From NCBI GenBank assembly GCA_965287045.1, contig OZ336887.1:32984001-33048000 (forward strand): a stretch of DNA of 64,000 bases, written 5' to 3'. Source of the DNA: Carcharhinus amblyrhynchos (Eukaryota). This document shows positions 24,861 to 35,784 of this stretch, piece after piece. The notes under the pieces are model-generated. The model did not search any database, had not been told where the DNA came from, and saw only the letters and a program-made list of their open reading frames with translations. Numbering within the stretch: position 1 is the first letter of the stretch; each line of letters opens with the position of its first letter. The translations under genes were made by a program, and so were the position numbers.

Positions 24861-27364
24861 TTAATGGTCCATTCTGGCAACTTTCCTATTTCTGACATTA
24901 AGCTGTTAAACCTTGCATTTTGTCGCCTGATTATTACTTTTTGAATGCCAGTGGCAAATTTAGCTTCCTTCCAGTAATTAATTCACAGATGTCTTTTTAT
25001 CATTCCTATTTACTATTTGAATAGAGGCTGCCATTTCTTTCGTTAGCCTCAGTCTGATTTTAGGAGCTTTATTCCCAAGATTACAGCTTACTTTTACCTT
25101 AGCATTGTTAGTATCAATTGCACAAATGTTAATTTATATCGGTCCACGGGTGAAAAGACTGATGCAAAAGTCCATCTGAACCTTCCCTGAGAAATCTGCC
25201 TGCCTTCTCTAAACGTAACTGAACAGCTCAGTGCCTTTTCCAGTGTTGGACTTCATATACCTTATTTACCTTTGATTTGAATACTTTATTGTGAATTTCT
25301 TAATTTCAGCTTTCCTCAGAACTGAAATTCCTATAATTCACATTGCCATTGTATTGAATTCCCATAGCATGGTCACTAGTATTTGTATTGTTTCTCACTG
25401 TTGATATATTTTGTAATATCATCTGAACTTTTCCCGGACCTCATGCACTGGCTGCTATATTAACTTCACATTTTCCACAGTAACCCAGTACCAATGATAT
25501 TTATCTATGTTTCCTATCTTTTGGCCTAGTTTTGGGAAAGATCCAAAGCCTTCCCTGCTGAGTTGCACTGTTTATATTCATTGCCTGGGTTCTAGGTTTA
25601 GTTTTATTGGCAAACTGAGTTCTTGCTTCTGATGTTTTTCTCCAAGTCATTTTAAATGTATTTGTGTGTCAGGTTCTGTGTCTCAGGATTGCCTTGGATT
25701 TTTCTCCCTACCTTCCCCACTTCCAACTTTACAGTTTTCAAATTATGTCCATTATGTTGTTTTTATGTTAAATTTTCTGTTCAACTTTCCATCCCATTCT
25801 ATGATTTTTCTGCTTTAAGTATTAATTTCATGGTGCAGAATGATAATCTTATCTTGGAAAAACTCATGCTATTTTGGATTGTCTTCCCCCATTCTCATTA
25901 GATTCCTTAAAATAATTTTGGAGATTGTGTATGTCTTCTTACAGGTCTGGAGTTTTTTGTTGTTAATTTGCTATTTAAATAATGCTGTACTGTGCTTATT
26001 ACTTTGCAATGGATAGGGATCCATCTACTTTTCATGGTTTCAACTGTCCTTTGGGCTAATGAAAGGGCTACTAGCTTGGTTTAAAAAAAACTGACTTTGG
26101 CTTGGATTACAAACTCTATGAATAAAATCCAATTGATGTGTAGACTAATGTGGAGATGGGCTTGACAGCTGCAGTGCATCAGCTAGCTACAATTTCAATA
26201 CATTGTGCACAAGTGACTGAGGGCTATTTGTACTTTGCTTCTATGTGGTTGCTTTTTAGTGTTGACACAGTCACATACTCAACAATTTGGTTTGAATTTA
26301 TAGGCGTTCATCCTGTGAAGCACTGAAGCTGATTGCTCTTATCTTGCCGTGGTTTGCCACACTTGCAGCTGCCTTGTGAGCACATTCAACTGCTCGTCTC
26401 CTTGATATTACTAGTTTCTGGAATTCTCTCCTATTGTCCTGAATTTTTTTTTTGTTTCAAGTTTTATCTCCAGAAACATGTTTATGTGGAGAAATAAACT
26501 AACACAAGTCCACTATTTTGTTCTGGCACGCTACATTTGCTAAAGGACAAATTAGATAGTGCTTTAAGTGGACTGCTTAGCTACTTGTGCCATAAGGGTT
26601 GTATTTTATTCCTGTTCATGGGGTGGGGGGTGCAGCACATCAGATTGATACAGATCAGGTGGAACATTTTGTTATGATTTCTGGGATAGGAGAGGTGTTG
26701 ATGTAAAATTGAAAATGAAATTTGTGGTCAGCAAGATGAAGGAGTCTGCAAGCATTGTGCGACCACTTTGTAAACCTGTTATTCGCTCAGATATTTTTAA
26801 TTTGCATGTATATATTAAGCAAAACCCAGCTGAGAGGAAAACTGTACTTGCACCAGTGCCCTGGAACATTTTAAAAATCTAATGGGTGCTGGCATGGGCT
26901 GATGTCAACACTTCCTACAGTTTCAGCAGTGAGCTTCTTCAAAGCTTACCGGAATTTTATACCTTGCACCAGACTTGTCAGTATTAAGCTTGCACGCACC
27001 CAAAAGACATTGGGTCATCGTTACAATGACCCAAAAATTAGAAACAATCGCGGTAATGGATTTGAATTTAATGGATATGCTTAGGGTATTATTATAATTG
27101 CGCCTTTCTGCCTGAGTTGTTCAAACACAATGTTTTATGTAATAGTGTGCAGAAAGCAATGATTGAGACATGCAGGAGTGAGAACTTGAGATGTGTTTGG
27201 ATGGTGGTCTGCAATGATGTCGTCTATTATCATTGGACAGTAGATATCCCAAGTCAGACTGTTAACTCTGTTTTGTTTGACTTGGATTGTAGGATAGGCA
27301 AAATGCTGGTATCCAAAAGGAAGCTATACATTCAGTCCGAGCGATGAATCAGAAGATAGGCATT

Positions 27365-27565
27365 ATCACTTCTTGGCCTTTTGCCTAGCATCTAGCATGA
27401 GATCAGGTGTGATGCCTGTTCTTGTCAGCTTAGACCTAGTATGCCTCTTTTATGACCATGAAGTGGATTCAGTCTGAATTTGAATTCGTTTTTGGATCAA
27501 GCAAGGAGATGGAATGGGGGTTTCTCTGGCCACACTGCTCATTGGCTTTGTAACTTTGAGGAATA
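27365..27565 (+). pseudogene. U2 snRNA-derived sequence (pseudogene or U2-derived repeat)
   Basis: atcacttcttggccttttgccta...agatcaggtgtgatgcctgttcttgtcagctta...tttttgga...ggagatggaatggggg is collinear with vertebrate U2 (ATCGCTTCTCGGCCTTTTGGCTAAGATCAAGTGTAGTATCTGTTCTTATCAGTTTA...TTTTTGGAGCAGGGAGATGGAATAGGAG). Confidence 0.85.
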
Positions 27566-27814
27566 ACTTTTTTAAAATTAGGTCTAAATGGAATTATTGT
27601 ATTGTCCTAAGGCCATAATTAAAGGATTTTGAAGCAATTCAACTTGGTTTTGTTTCCCAGGATTGTCATGTGTCCTTGAACTCAATATACTTCCTTCATA
27701 AAGATGAGAACTGTCATTTTAATGGGTTGCAGGTGCTATTGTCTCAATTTCATGCTACAAGATTCTAATAAATAGGGTACTGAGGTGGGTATAAAATGAT
27801 TGTTCACTTGCCAC

Positions 27815-29815
27815 AGATGCACCTATCCATGCCCATATCAGTATGAGTGACTACCACACAGTCCTTGTGGAAAAAGTCCTGTCTTCCATTGTGTTGTGTG
27901 GCACTACCACCATGCTAAATGGGATAGATTTCGTCAGGAGCAACATGAGGCATACCTAAAAATGAGGTGTCAACCTGGTGAAGTTGCAACATAGAACAAC
28001 TTGCATGCCAAACAGTATAAGCAGGAAGTAATAAACAGAGCTAAGTGCTTCTACAACCAACGGATCGGATCTAAACTCTACAGTCCTGCCATATCCAGCC
28101 ATGAATGATGGTGGACAATTAAACAATGCAGTGGAGGCGGATGCTCCACAAATATCACCGTCTTTAATGAGGGGGGAGCCCAGCACATCAGTGCAAAAGA
28201 TAAGGTTGGAGCATTTGCAACAATCTTCAGTCAGAAATGCTGAAGGGATGATCCATCTTTGCCTCCTCTGGAAGTCCCTAGCATCTCAGATCTGTTCTTC
28301 AACCAGCTAAATTCACTCCACGTGATATCAAGAAATGGCTGAAGGCACTGTATACTGCAAAGGCTATGGGCCCTGACAATATTCCAGCAGTAGTCTTGAA
28401 GACATACTCCAGAACTTGCTGCATCCCTAGCCGAGCTGTTCCAGTACAGCTACAACACTGGCATCTACCCAACAATGTAAAAATGCCCAGGAATGTCCTG
28501 AACACAAGAAAAAGGACAAATCCAACTTGGCCAGTTACAGCCCCATCAGTCTGTTCTCGATCATCAGCAGTGTGATGGAAGGAGTCATCAGTAGTGATAT
28601 CAAGTGCCACTTTATTCAGCAATAATCTGCAAATGGATGTTCAGTTTGGTTCCACTAGGGTCACTCAGCTCCTGACCTCTTTATAGCCTTGGCTCAAACG
28701 TGGACAAAAGAGCTGAATGCCAGAGGTGAGGTAAGTGAGTGCCCTTAACATCAAGGAGCCTTAGCAAAACTGGAGTCAGTGGCAATCAAGGAAAATGCCT
28801 TGCTGTTTGGAGTCATACCTGATACAAAAAGATGGTTGTGATTGGAGGTCAGTCGTAGCTACAGGACACTAATTTAGGAGTTCCTCAGGATAGTGTCCTA
28901 GGCTCATTTATTTTCAACTGCTTCGTCAATGACCTTCCTTCCTTCATAAGGTTAGAAGTGGATGTGTTTGCTGATGACTGTACCATTTGTGACTCCGCAG
29001 ATACTGAAACAGTTTATGTCCAAATGCAGCAAGACCTGGACAATATCCAGGCTTGGGCTGATAAGTGGCATATAACATATGCACCACATGAGTGCCAGGC
29101 AATGACCATCTCCAACAAGAGAAGGTCTAACTATTGCCCTATGACATTCAACGGTATTAAGATCATTGAATCCATCACTATCAACATCCTGGCAGTTACC
29201 ATTGTCCAGAAACTGAACTGGACTAGCCATATAAATACTGTGGCTACCAGTGTGTGTCAACGGCTAGGAATCCTGTGGCAAGTAACTTGCCTCCTGTCCA
29301 CCATTTGAAAGGCACAAGTCAGGAATGTAATGGAATGTTCTTCACTTGACTGGACAAGTGCAGCTCCAGTGCGTAAGCTCAACACCACCCAGGACAAAGC
29401 TGCTTTCCTGATTGCTACCTCTTGCACAAACATTCAATCCTTCCACCACTGTCAAACATTGGCAGTGGTGTGTGCCATTTACAGGATGCAGTGGAGGAAG
29501 TCACTAAGGTTCCTTAGACAGCACCTTCCAAACACACGGCCACTTCCATCTGGAAGGGCAACAGCAGCAGATACTGGGAACATCACCACCTAGAAGTTCC
29601 CCTTCAAGTCGTTCGCCATCCTGACTGAGAAGTATATCGCCATTTCTTCACTGCAGGGTTAAAATAGGAATTCTGTTCCTAACAGCACTGAGTGTATCTG
29701 CACTTCAGGAACAGCCGTGATCCAAGAAGGCAGCACACTATCACCACCTGAAGGGCAGCTAGGGATGAGCAATAAATTCTGGCCTAGCCGGAGGACAACC
29801 TACATCCTGTAAAAT
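27815..29815 (+). mobile_element. CR1-B LINE, 5'-truncated, ~2 kb
   Basis: MGPDNIPAVVLKT; MDVFADDCTI...QQDLDNIQAWADKW (RT FADD motif); CR1-B tail. Confidence 0.88.
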
Positions 29816-30524
29816 GAATTTTTAACAATTTGGATGGACACAATGTGCAAGAGTATGGAGAATGGCATTAAGTCATAACGTTCATTTGGAGAACTGGTGC
29901 AGACAGGACAGGCCAAGTTACTTCCTTCTGCATTGCAACAATTTTGTGTTTCTGTGAAATAAAACTTTCAAACGTTCTGAAAGCAAAGTTCTGCTTTTTG
30001 CGTAGTAACCATTTTCATTCATGTATTGAGTTTACAATATTCATCTTCCTCAGTCTGGCTAGTGGGGGCATTTACACAGTCAGACCTATCCATTGCGTGA
30101 CCTCCCAGTCCACAAGACTGAGAAGGGATCCTCCTGGTTTCCTCTCTGCGCATACAGTGGGGAATTGTTTTTTAACGTACCATTCAGCCATGTTACATCT
30201 AACTACAGCTTTACAGTTCAAACTGGACACGAGCTGAATAACGTTTGACTGTAAGGAGCTGCTGCAGGAACTGCACTGGATATCAGCCTCATCCAGCTCC
30301 AACTCTGATGCTGAGGTAGTGAAGATCTGTTGTCCTTGCAGCCAGTCTATGAAGACACAGTCTCTCCAAAGGTTATAGAATTGTTGTAGTGTGGTAAAAT
30401 GAAATTCGTTCATTGCAGCATTAACAGTTACATGGTTAATTGATAAAGTAGTTGAGAAGCTCTTGTGGGAAAGGGCCTATAGTTTTGTATGTGGCCATAT
30501 AAATGTTTCTAGCCCAAATTCAGT

Positions 30525-31435
30525 TATATAGAGACATAGGAGCAGGAGGAAGCCATTTGGCCCTTTGAGTCTGCTCTGCCATTTATCACGATCATGGCTG
30601 ATCATCCAATTCAGTAGCCTAATCCTGCTTTCTCCCCATAACCTTTGATCCTGTTCGCCCCAAGTGCTTTATCCAGCTGCCTCTTGAATACATTCAATGT
30701 TTTGGCATCAACTACTTCCTGTGGTAATGAATTCCACAGGCTCACCACTCTTTGGGTGAAGAAATGTCTCCTCATCTCTGTCCTAAATGGTCTATCCTGG
30801 GTCCTCAGACTGTGACCCCTGGTTCTGGACACACCCACCACCTGGAACATCCTTCCTGAATCTATGATGTCTAGTCCTTTTTAGAAGTTTATAGATCTCT
30901 GGCCTCACCAACGACAAGCATAATTGCAGCACACATCCCTGCATCTGTACTCAAAACTTCTCGCATGAAGGCCAACGTACAATTTACGGCCTTTACTGCT
31001 TGCTGCAGCAGTGACTGATGCACAAGTCCAAAGATGTGCGGGTTAGGTTGATTGGCCATGCTAAGAAATTGCCCTTTAGTGTCCAGGGATGCATAGGATA
31101 GAGGGATTAGTGGGTATAATATGTAGAGATATGGGGGTAGGGCCCGGGTGAGATTGTGTTTGATGCAGACTCAATGGGACAAAGGGCCTCTTTCTGCACT
31201 GTAGGGTTCTATGATTCTATGAGAACACCCAGGTCCCGCTGCATGCTCCCTCCTTCTAATTTACGGCCATTTAGGTAGTAAGTGCCGCCTTGCTTTTACT
31301 TCCAAAGTGAATAACCTCACATTTATCCAAATTATACTGCATCTGCCATTGGTTTGCCCACTCACCCAACCTGTCCAGATCATGCAGAAAGACCTCTGCA
31401 TCCTTGTCACAGTTCACCCTCCACTTAACTTGGTA
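30525..31435 (-). mobile_element. CR1-A LINE 3' part with a nested HE1-like fragment (31025-31221, +)
   Basis: ORF 30611-30850 SRTRGHSL...FRTEMRRHFFTQRVVSLWNSLP is the CR1 ORF2 C-terminus. Confidence 0.85.
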
Positions 31436-31559
31436 ATGGCAAAACTGTTAATAAATGCGTTATTTAAAAGGGAAGAAAGTGTTGGCAGTTCTGCTGCCAC
31501 TTCTGTCTCTGGTTGGCAATAGCAGAATCAAGATAATAGTACTGAAATCTTTAATTTAA

Positions 31560-31765
31560 CATAGAACATAGAACATTACAGCGCAGAACAGGCCCTTTGG
31601 CCCACGATGTTGCGCCGACCAGTTACAAAACAATGACCCACTAACCTAAACCAATCCCTTTTCGTCCATAAACCTATCCACGGATCTCTTAAACGCCCCC
31701 AAACTAGGCGCATTTACAACTGCAGCAGGCAGGGCATTCCAATCCCTCACCACCCTCTGGGTAAA
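31560..31765 (-). mobile_element. CR1 3' end of a young subfamily, as at 61416-61718
   Basis: atagaacatagaacattacagcgcagaacaggccc is the reverse complement of the 61681-61715 tail. Confidence 0.8.
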
Positions 31766-31779
31766 GGTGCTACGTAGAA

Positions 31780-32270
31780 GTTAAAAACCAGACAAAATCA
31801 AACTATATCCCAGCCTAACGTTCTAGCATTATGGGATTTGATTACTTTCGAGGAAGGAGGGTGAACTACTTATTTCAAACATAGAAATAGTGAGAATTTT
31901 GTGGGTTCTGGGAGTTCCTTTGGAATTTAAATTCATGAACCCCTAGTAACTGTTTCAGGAGTTATTTATTCATCGGTACTTGTTGGATCAAGCAAGGTTG
32001 TAACTGCTTGAAGGTTTGGAGATGATCAGTTTGCAATTTCTAAAGAGCTAAAATTAGTTAAGGATGGTAAAAGGGGAAATTGCTGTATCAGAATATTAAT
32101 TAGAACAAGTGCAGAGTTATGAACTTTATTACACTGAATAAAATGTAACTACTGTGAGAATATTAAGTTTCTGTCATTTTGTTCTTTTACTCTTCAATAA
32201 ATGTGTCTAAAAGCTTAGACCAAAGTCTAGTATGACATCCTTCTATCTTAAAACCTGAAGACAGGAAAGA
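31780..32270 (+). mobile_element. Possible solo-LTR fragment
   Basis: LTR-like composition with a ttcaataaa poly(A) signal near 32195. Termini not defined. Confidence 0.35.
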
Positions 32271-32282
32271 TCCTATATAGGA

Positions 32283-32655
32283 AGCGGCATGGTAGCACAA
32301 TGGTATTATTGGTCTTGTAATCCAAAGACTTGGACTCAAAATCTGGAAGCATAAACTCAAACTACACCATAGTAGCTGAGGAATTTAAATTGTTAATTAA
32401 GTAAATCTAAAGTCAAAAGCTATTCTCAGGAGCAGTGATTGTTGCAAAAATCCATCTAGTTCATTTAGGGGGAGAAACCTGCCAGTCTGGCCTTACAAGT
32501 GACCCGTTATATACAGCAATGTGCTTGATTTTTATTTGCCCTCTGAAATGGCCTAACAAACCACTCAGTTATATTCAAGAAAGCAGCTTATCATAACTTT
32601 GTCCGTGACAGTTTGGGATGGATAATAAGTACAATGTCCACATCCCATGAATTAA
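32283..32655 (+). mobile_element. tRNA-derived SINE family B with CR1-B tail
   Basis: Head ggcatggtagcacaatggtatta, core ggagaaacctgccagtctggcc and tail ttcaagaaagcagc...cacatcccatgaa. Confidence 0.7.
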
Positions 32656-32864
32656 TTAAGTTAATTCTTAAAATTGCAACCTTAGATAGCAGGGCAAGTG
32701 AAAATACCCTAGCAATGTTAAAGTACAGCAATGTATATCAAGAATCGGTAGAATAAAAAGATCCAAAATGTAATCAGCATGTCTTGATTTCAACATTTTT
32801 ATCTGAGTTTTCAATTCCCTTCAAGGCCTTGCACCCCATCCCCATCTCTTAATCTCCAAAATAG

Positions 32865-33137
32865 TGTCATGAGTAGGCTTACATTAACACTGCAATGAAG
32901 TTACTGTGAAATTCCCCTAGTTGTCACATCCTGGTGCCTGTTTGGATACACAGAGAATTTAGCATGGCCAGTGGACCTAACCACATCTTTTGGACTGGGG
33001 AAGAAAACTGGAGCACCTGGAGGAAATCCACACAGACACGGGGAGAACATGCAGACTCCGCACAGGCAGTGACCCAAGCTGGGGGAACCGAACCCAGCCC
33101 TGGTGCTGTGAGGCAGCAGTGCTAACCACTGTGCGAC
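32865..33137 (-). mobile_element. HE1/V-SINE-like SINE, tail type 2
   Basis: gtaggcttacattaacactgcaatgaagttactgtgaaattcccctag...ggcagcagtgctaaccactgtgc. Confidence 0.88.
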
Positions 33138-33329
33138 CAGTGGTTCGGCTTGTTGAGCATTCCTGATTTTAATCACTCTGAATTGCTTAGTCAACTGCAG
33201 CCCTGGAATATTCATGCTACATGTCTCTGCTTTCATTCCTTGATTTTTTTTTTAAGATGCTTCTTAGAACTGACCTGTTTCACCAAACATTTGGTCATCT
33301 GACTTGGTGTCATATTTGGTTTTATAAAT

Positions 33330-33690
33330 TTTTTTTATTCATTTATGGGACATGGGCCCTGCTGACTGGCCAGCATTTATTGTCCATCCCTAGTTACCTG
33401 AGGGCAGGTTGAGAGTCAACCACATTGCTGTAGCTCTGGAGTCACATACAGACCAGACCAGGTAAGGAAAGTAGATTTTCTTCCCTAAAGGACATTGATG
33501 AACCAGATGGGTTTTCTTGATAATTGATCATGGTTTCCTGGTCATTTGTAGATTGTTAATTCCAGATATGTTTTATTGAATTCAAATTCCACCATCTGCC
33601 ATGACAGGATATGAACCTGGTTCCCCAGAACATTAACTGAGTTTCTGCATTAATCATCTAGCAATAATGCCACTAGGCCACTGCCTCCCA
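33330..33690 (-). mobile_element. tRNA-derived SINE family B
   Basis: ggccagcatttattgtccatccc tail ... ccctaaaggacattgatgaaccagatggg ... ccactaggccactgcctcc head. Confidence 0.8.
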
Positions 33691-34874
33691 TTGTTTCTCT
33701 GAAGTACCTTGGGCTATTTATTGTGTTAATGGTATGATGTAAATTTAAATTGTCATTTGAGTGTTTCAGTTTCTCAGTTCCTGCTTCTGATGAAAGAAGT
33801 CTTGGTTCAAAATAATTTGCATCCCAAGCCTCGCTGGGAGGGAAAGCATTAATATGTAACTTAATTAGTCATTTCCACCATTCATCTTGTAGTCATATTA
33901 TTCTTAACTGTTAGCCAAATGTCCTCCATGTTGATTTTGATACCGTTCGATATGATTTGGTGTCTGTTTGTGAATTCTTTAAGAATCACAAGGTACATGC
34001 ACCTTGTTCATAATTTTAACTGCCAAAGGCATTGTGTTTTGAGGAGTGCCTTTTAATGAGGTTCGTTTCCTGCAAACCTTGGCCTTTGTCTTGACAGTTT
34101 TCTTCCTGTTTGTGTAAAAGTGTTAGCTCTTTGCCATAATGGTGAACATTGGTAGGTTGTTCAGGCATTTCAGGGAGAAAAATTGTAGCAGAATCCAAAC
34201 TATATTTGCACTTCCACTGAATAGTGGAATCTGGTTATGCTTGGTGCACTCAGATTAATTTTAGACCTGCTGTCCCAGGCTGAGGTCAGCAATCTACATA
34301 AGAAATGGCACAGAAACAGGCTATTTATCCTAGCTAGTCCATTGCTGATATCTGTGTTCAACTTGCACATGCTGCCATCTTTCCTCATCTAAATCTACCA
34401 TTGTAACCCTTCATTCCCTTTTACCTCATATACTGGTTTAATCTATCTTTCGATGCATCCATGCTAAATGCTGTATCAATTCCCTGTGCTAGTGATTCCT
34501 ACGTTCCCTCTTTAGGTAAATAAGTTTCTTCCGAATTCCCTATTGGATTTCTTGGTGGCCCCTAGCTCTTCCTCACCAAGGGAACATTCCCTCTGTATCC
34601 ACTCTACCAAAGCCTTTAATAAATTCAAAGACTTCTATTAGATCACATCTCAGCCGCCTTTTTCAAGAGGAAAGAACACGTCAATCCTCCCCTGAAAGAA
34701 GTACCAATGTATTTCAAATATCGTTTTTAAAAATCTCTGAACCCTTTCCTGTGCCTCCATATCTTTTCCAAACTATAGCAACCAGAATTGCTCATAGTAC
34801 TCATTTGTGGTCTAATCAAGGCTAAACGCAGGTTTAGCATAACTTCCCTACTTCTAAGTTTTTTCCCTGCAGTG

Positions 34875-35784
34875 CAGGCTTATCCAACCTTTTTGTTTGG
34901 GGGCCATGTTTAGATTTTTTTTATCTCACTCAAGGGTCAATAAGAAAATTTCAGAAAGATAATATTTGGTACAACAACAGTCTGAATATCAAAAAAAAAT
35001 TGATGTTTTAAAAAAAAACATTTATGAGCAAATGTAAAACAATGTCAGCACTGTAAATTGAAGTTACATAGAACACTACAGCACAAACAAGCCCTTCGGC
35101 CCACTAGTTGCGTCGATCATATCCCTACCTATCTATGACCCTCCATCCCATGTACCATCCCAAAAAAGAATAATGAATTTTTTTAAAAACTGGGTGAAAG
35201 GATGTGTACATGTACGTCTGGCGCTCTGTCTCGGGTGCCCACTGACTCACCCGCACCCACTCAGTATGGCCGTGGAGTGGGGAGAGTGAGTAATAATCCT
35301 GTAGCTGGGAGTAAGGCACGCAGTCTCATCTGCATGCTGACCCTGCCCCACTCTCAAAGGCACTACTACCTGGGCCCTCTGCAAATGGAGCAGGAATTCC
35401 ACTTACCTACCTGAGGCCTCCTGAACTCTGTTCAACTTCCCTCCACCTCTGCCCTGCAAGTAGAGATACTTGATGTCCCTGAGGTACGGCTCAGCCACAT
35501 TCAATCACCAGCCTGACCCCACCCCTCAAAGAGCTGAATTCCCATGCTGCAGCCAATAGTTCAAACTTACCTGGCAACACTGCATTTGGCTTGGCCAGTC
35601 ACAGACTGGTTCCTCCTGCATTGGCTCACCAGACAGCCAATCAACAACCAAAAGCATGGAGATACCAGCCTGCTGATCAGGTTCACGGCATTTTTCAAAG
35701 GTATGCCCAAGCAGTCTTCAGTGGCTGGGTCCCGCAACGTGGTGGGCCACTTAAGGTCAGTGGGCTGCAAGTTGGACAAGCCTG
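34875..35784. mobile_element. hAT (Charlie-like) non-autonomous DNA transposon, 910 bp, inserted into an antisense CR1 remnant
   Basis: TIRs caggcttatccaacct and aagttggacaagcctg. Flanking 8-mers ctgcagtg and ctctagtg match 6/8 and resemble the NTCTAGAN target. Confidence 0.7.

Noticed and set aside
27365-27565. Functional U2 snRNA gene
   Set aside because: The branch-site recognition sequence and stem I are disrupted, and I see no recognisable PSE or 3' box.
30312-30335. tgaggtagtg resembling the let-7 5' end
   Set aside because: Only the seed matches. The remainder differs from let-7 and no complementary hairpin arm is evident.
33785-33815. ctgatgaaag as a further hammerhead
   Set aside because: No helix II or GAAA box follows.
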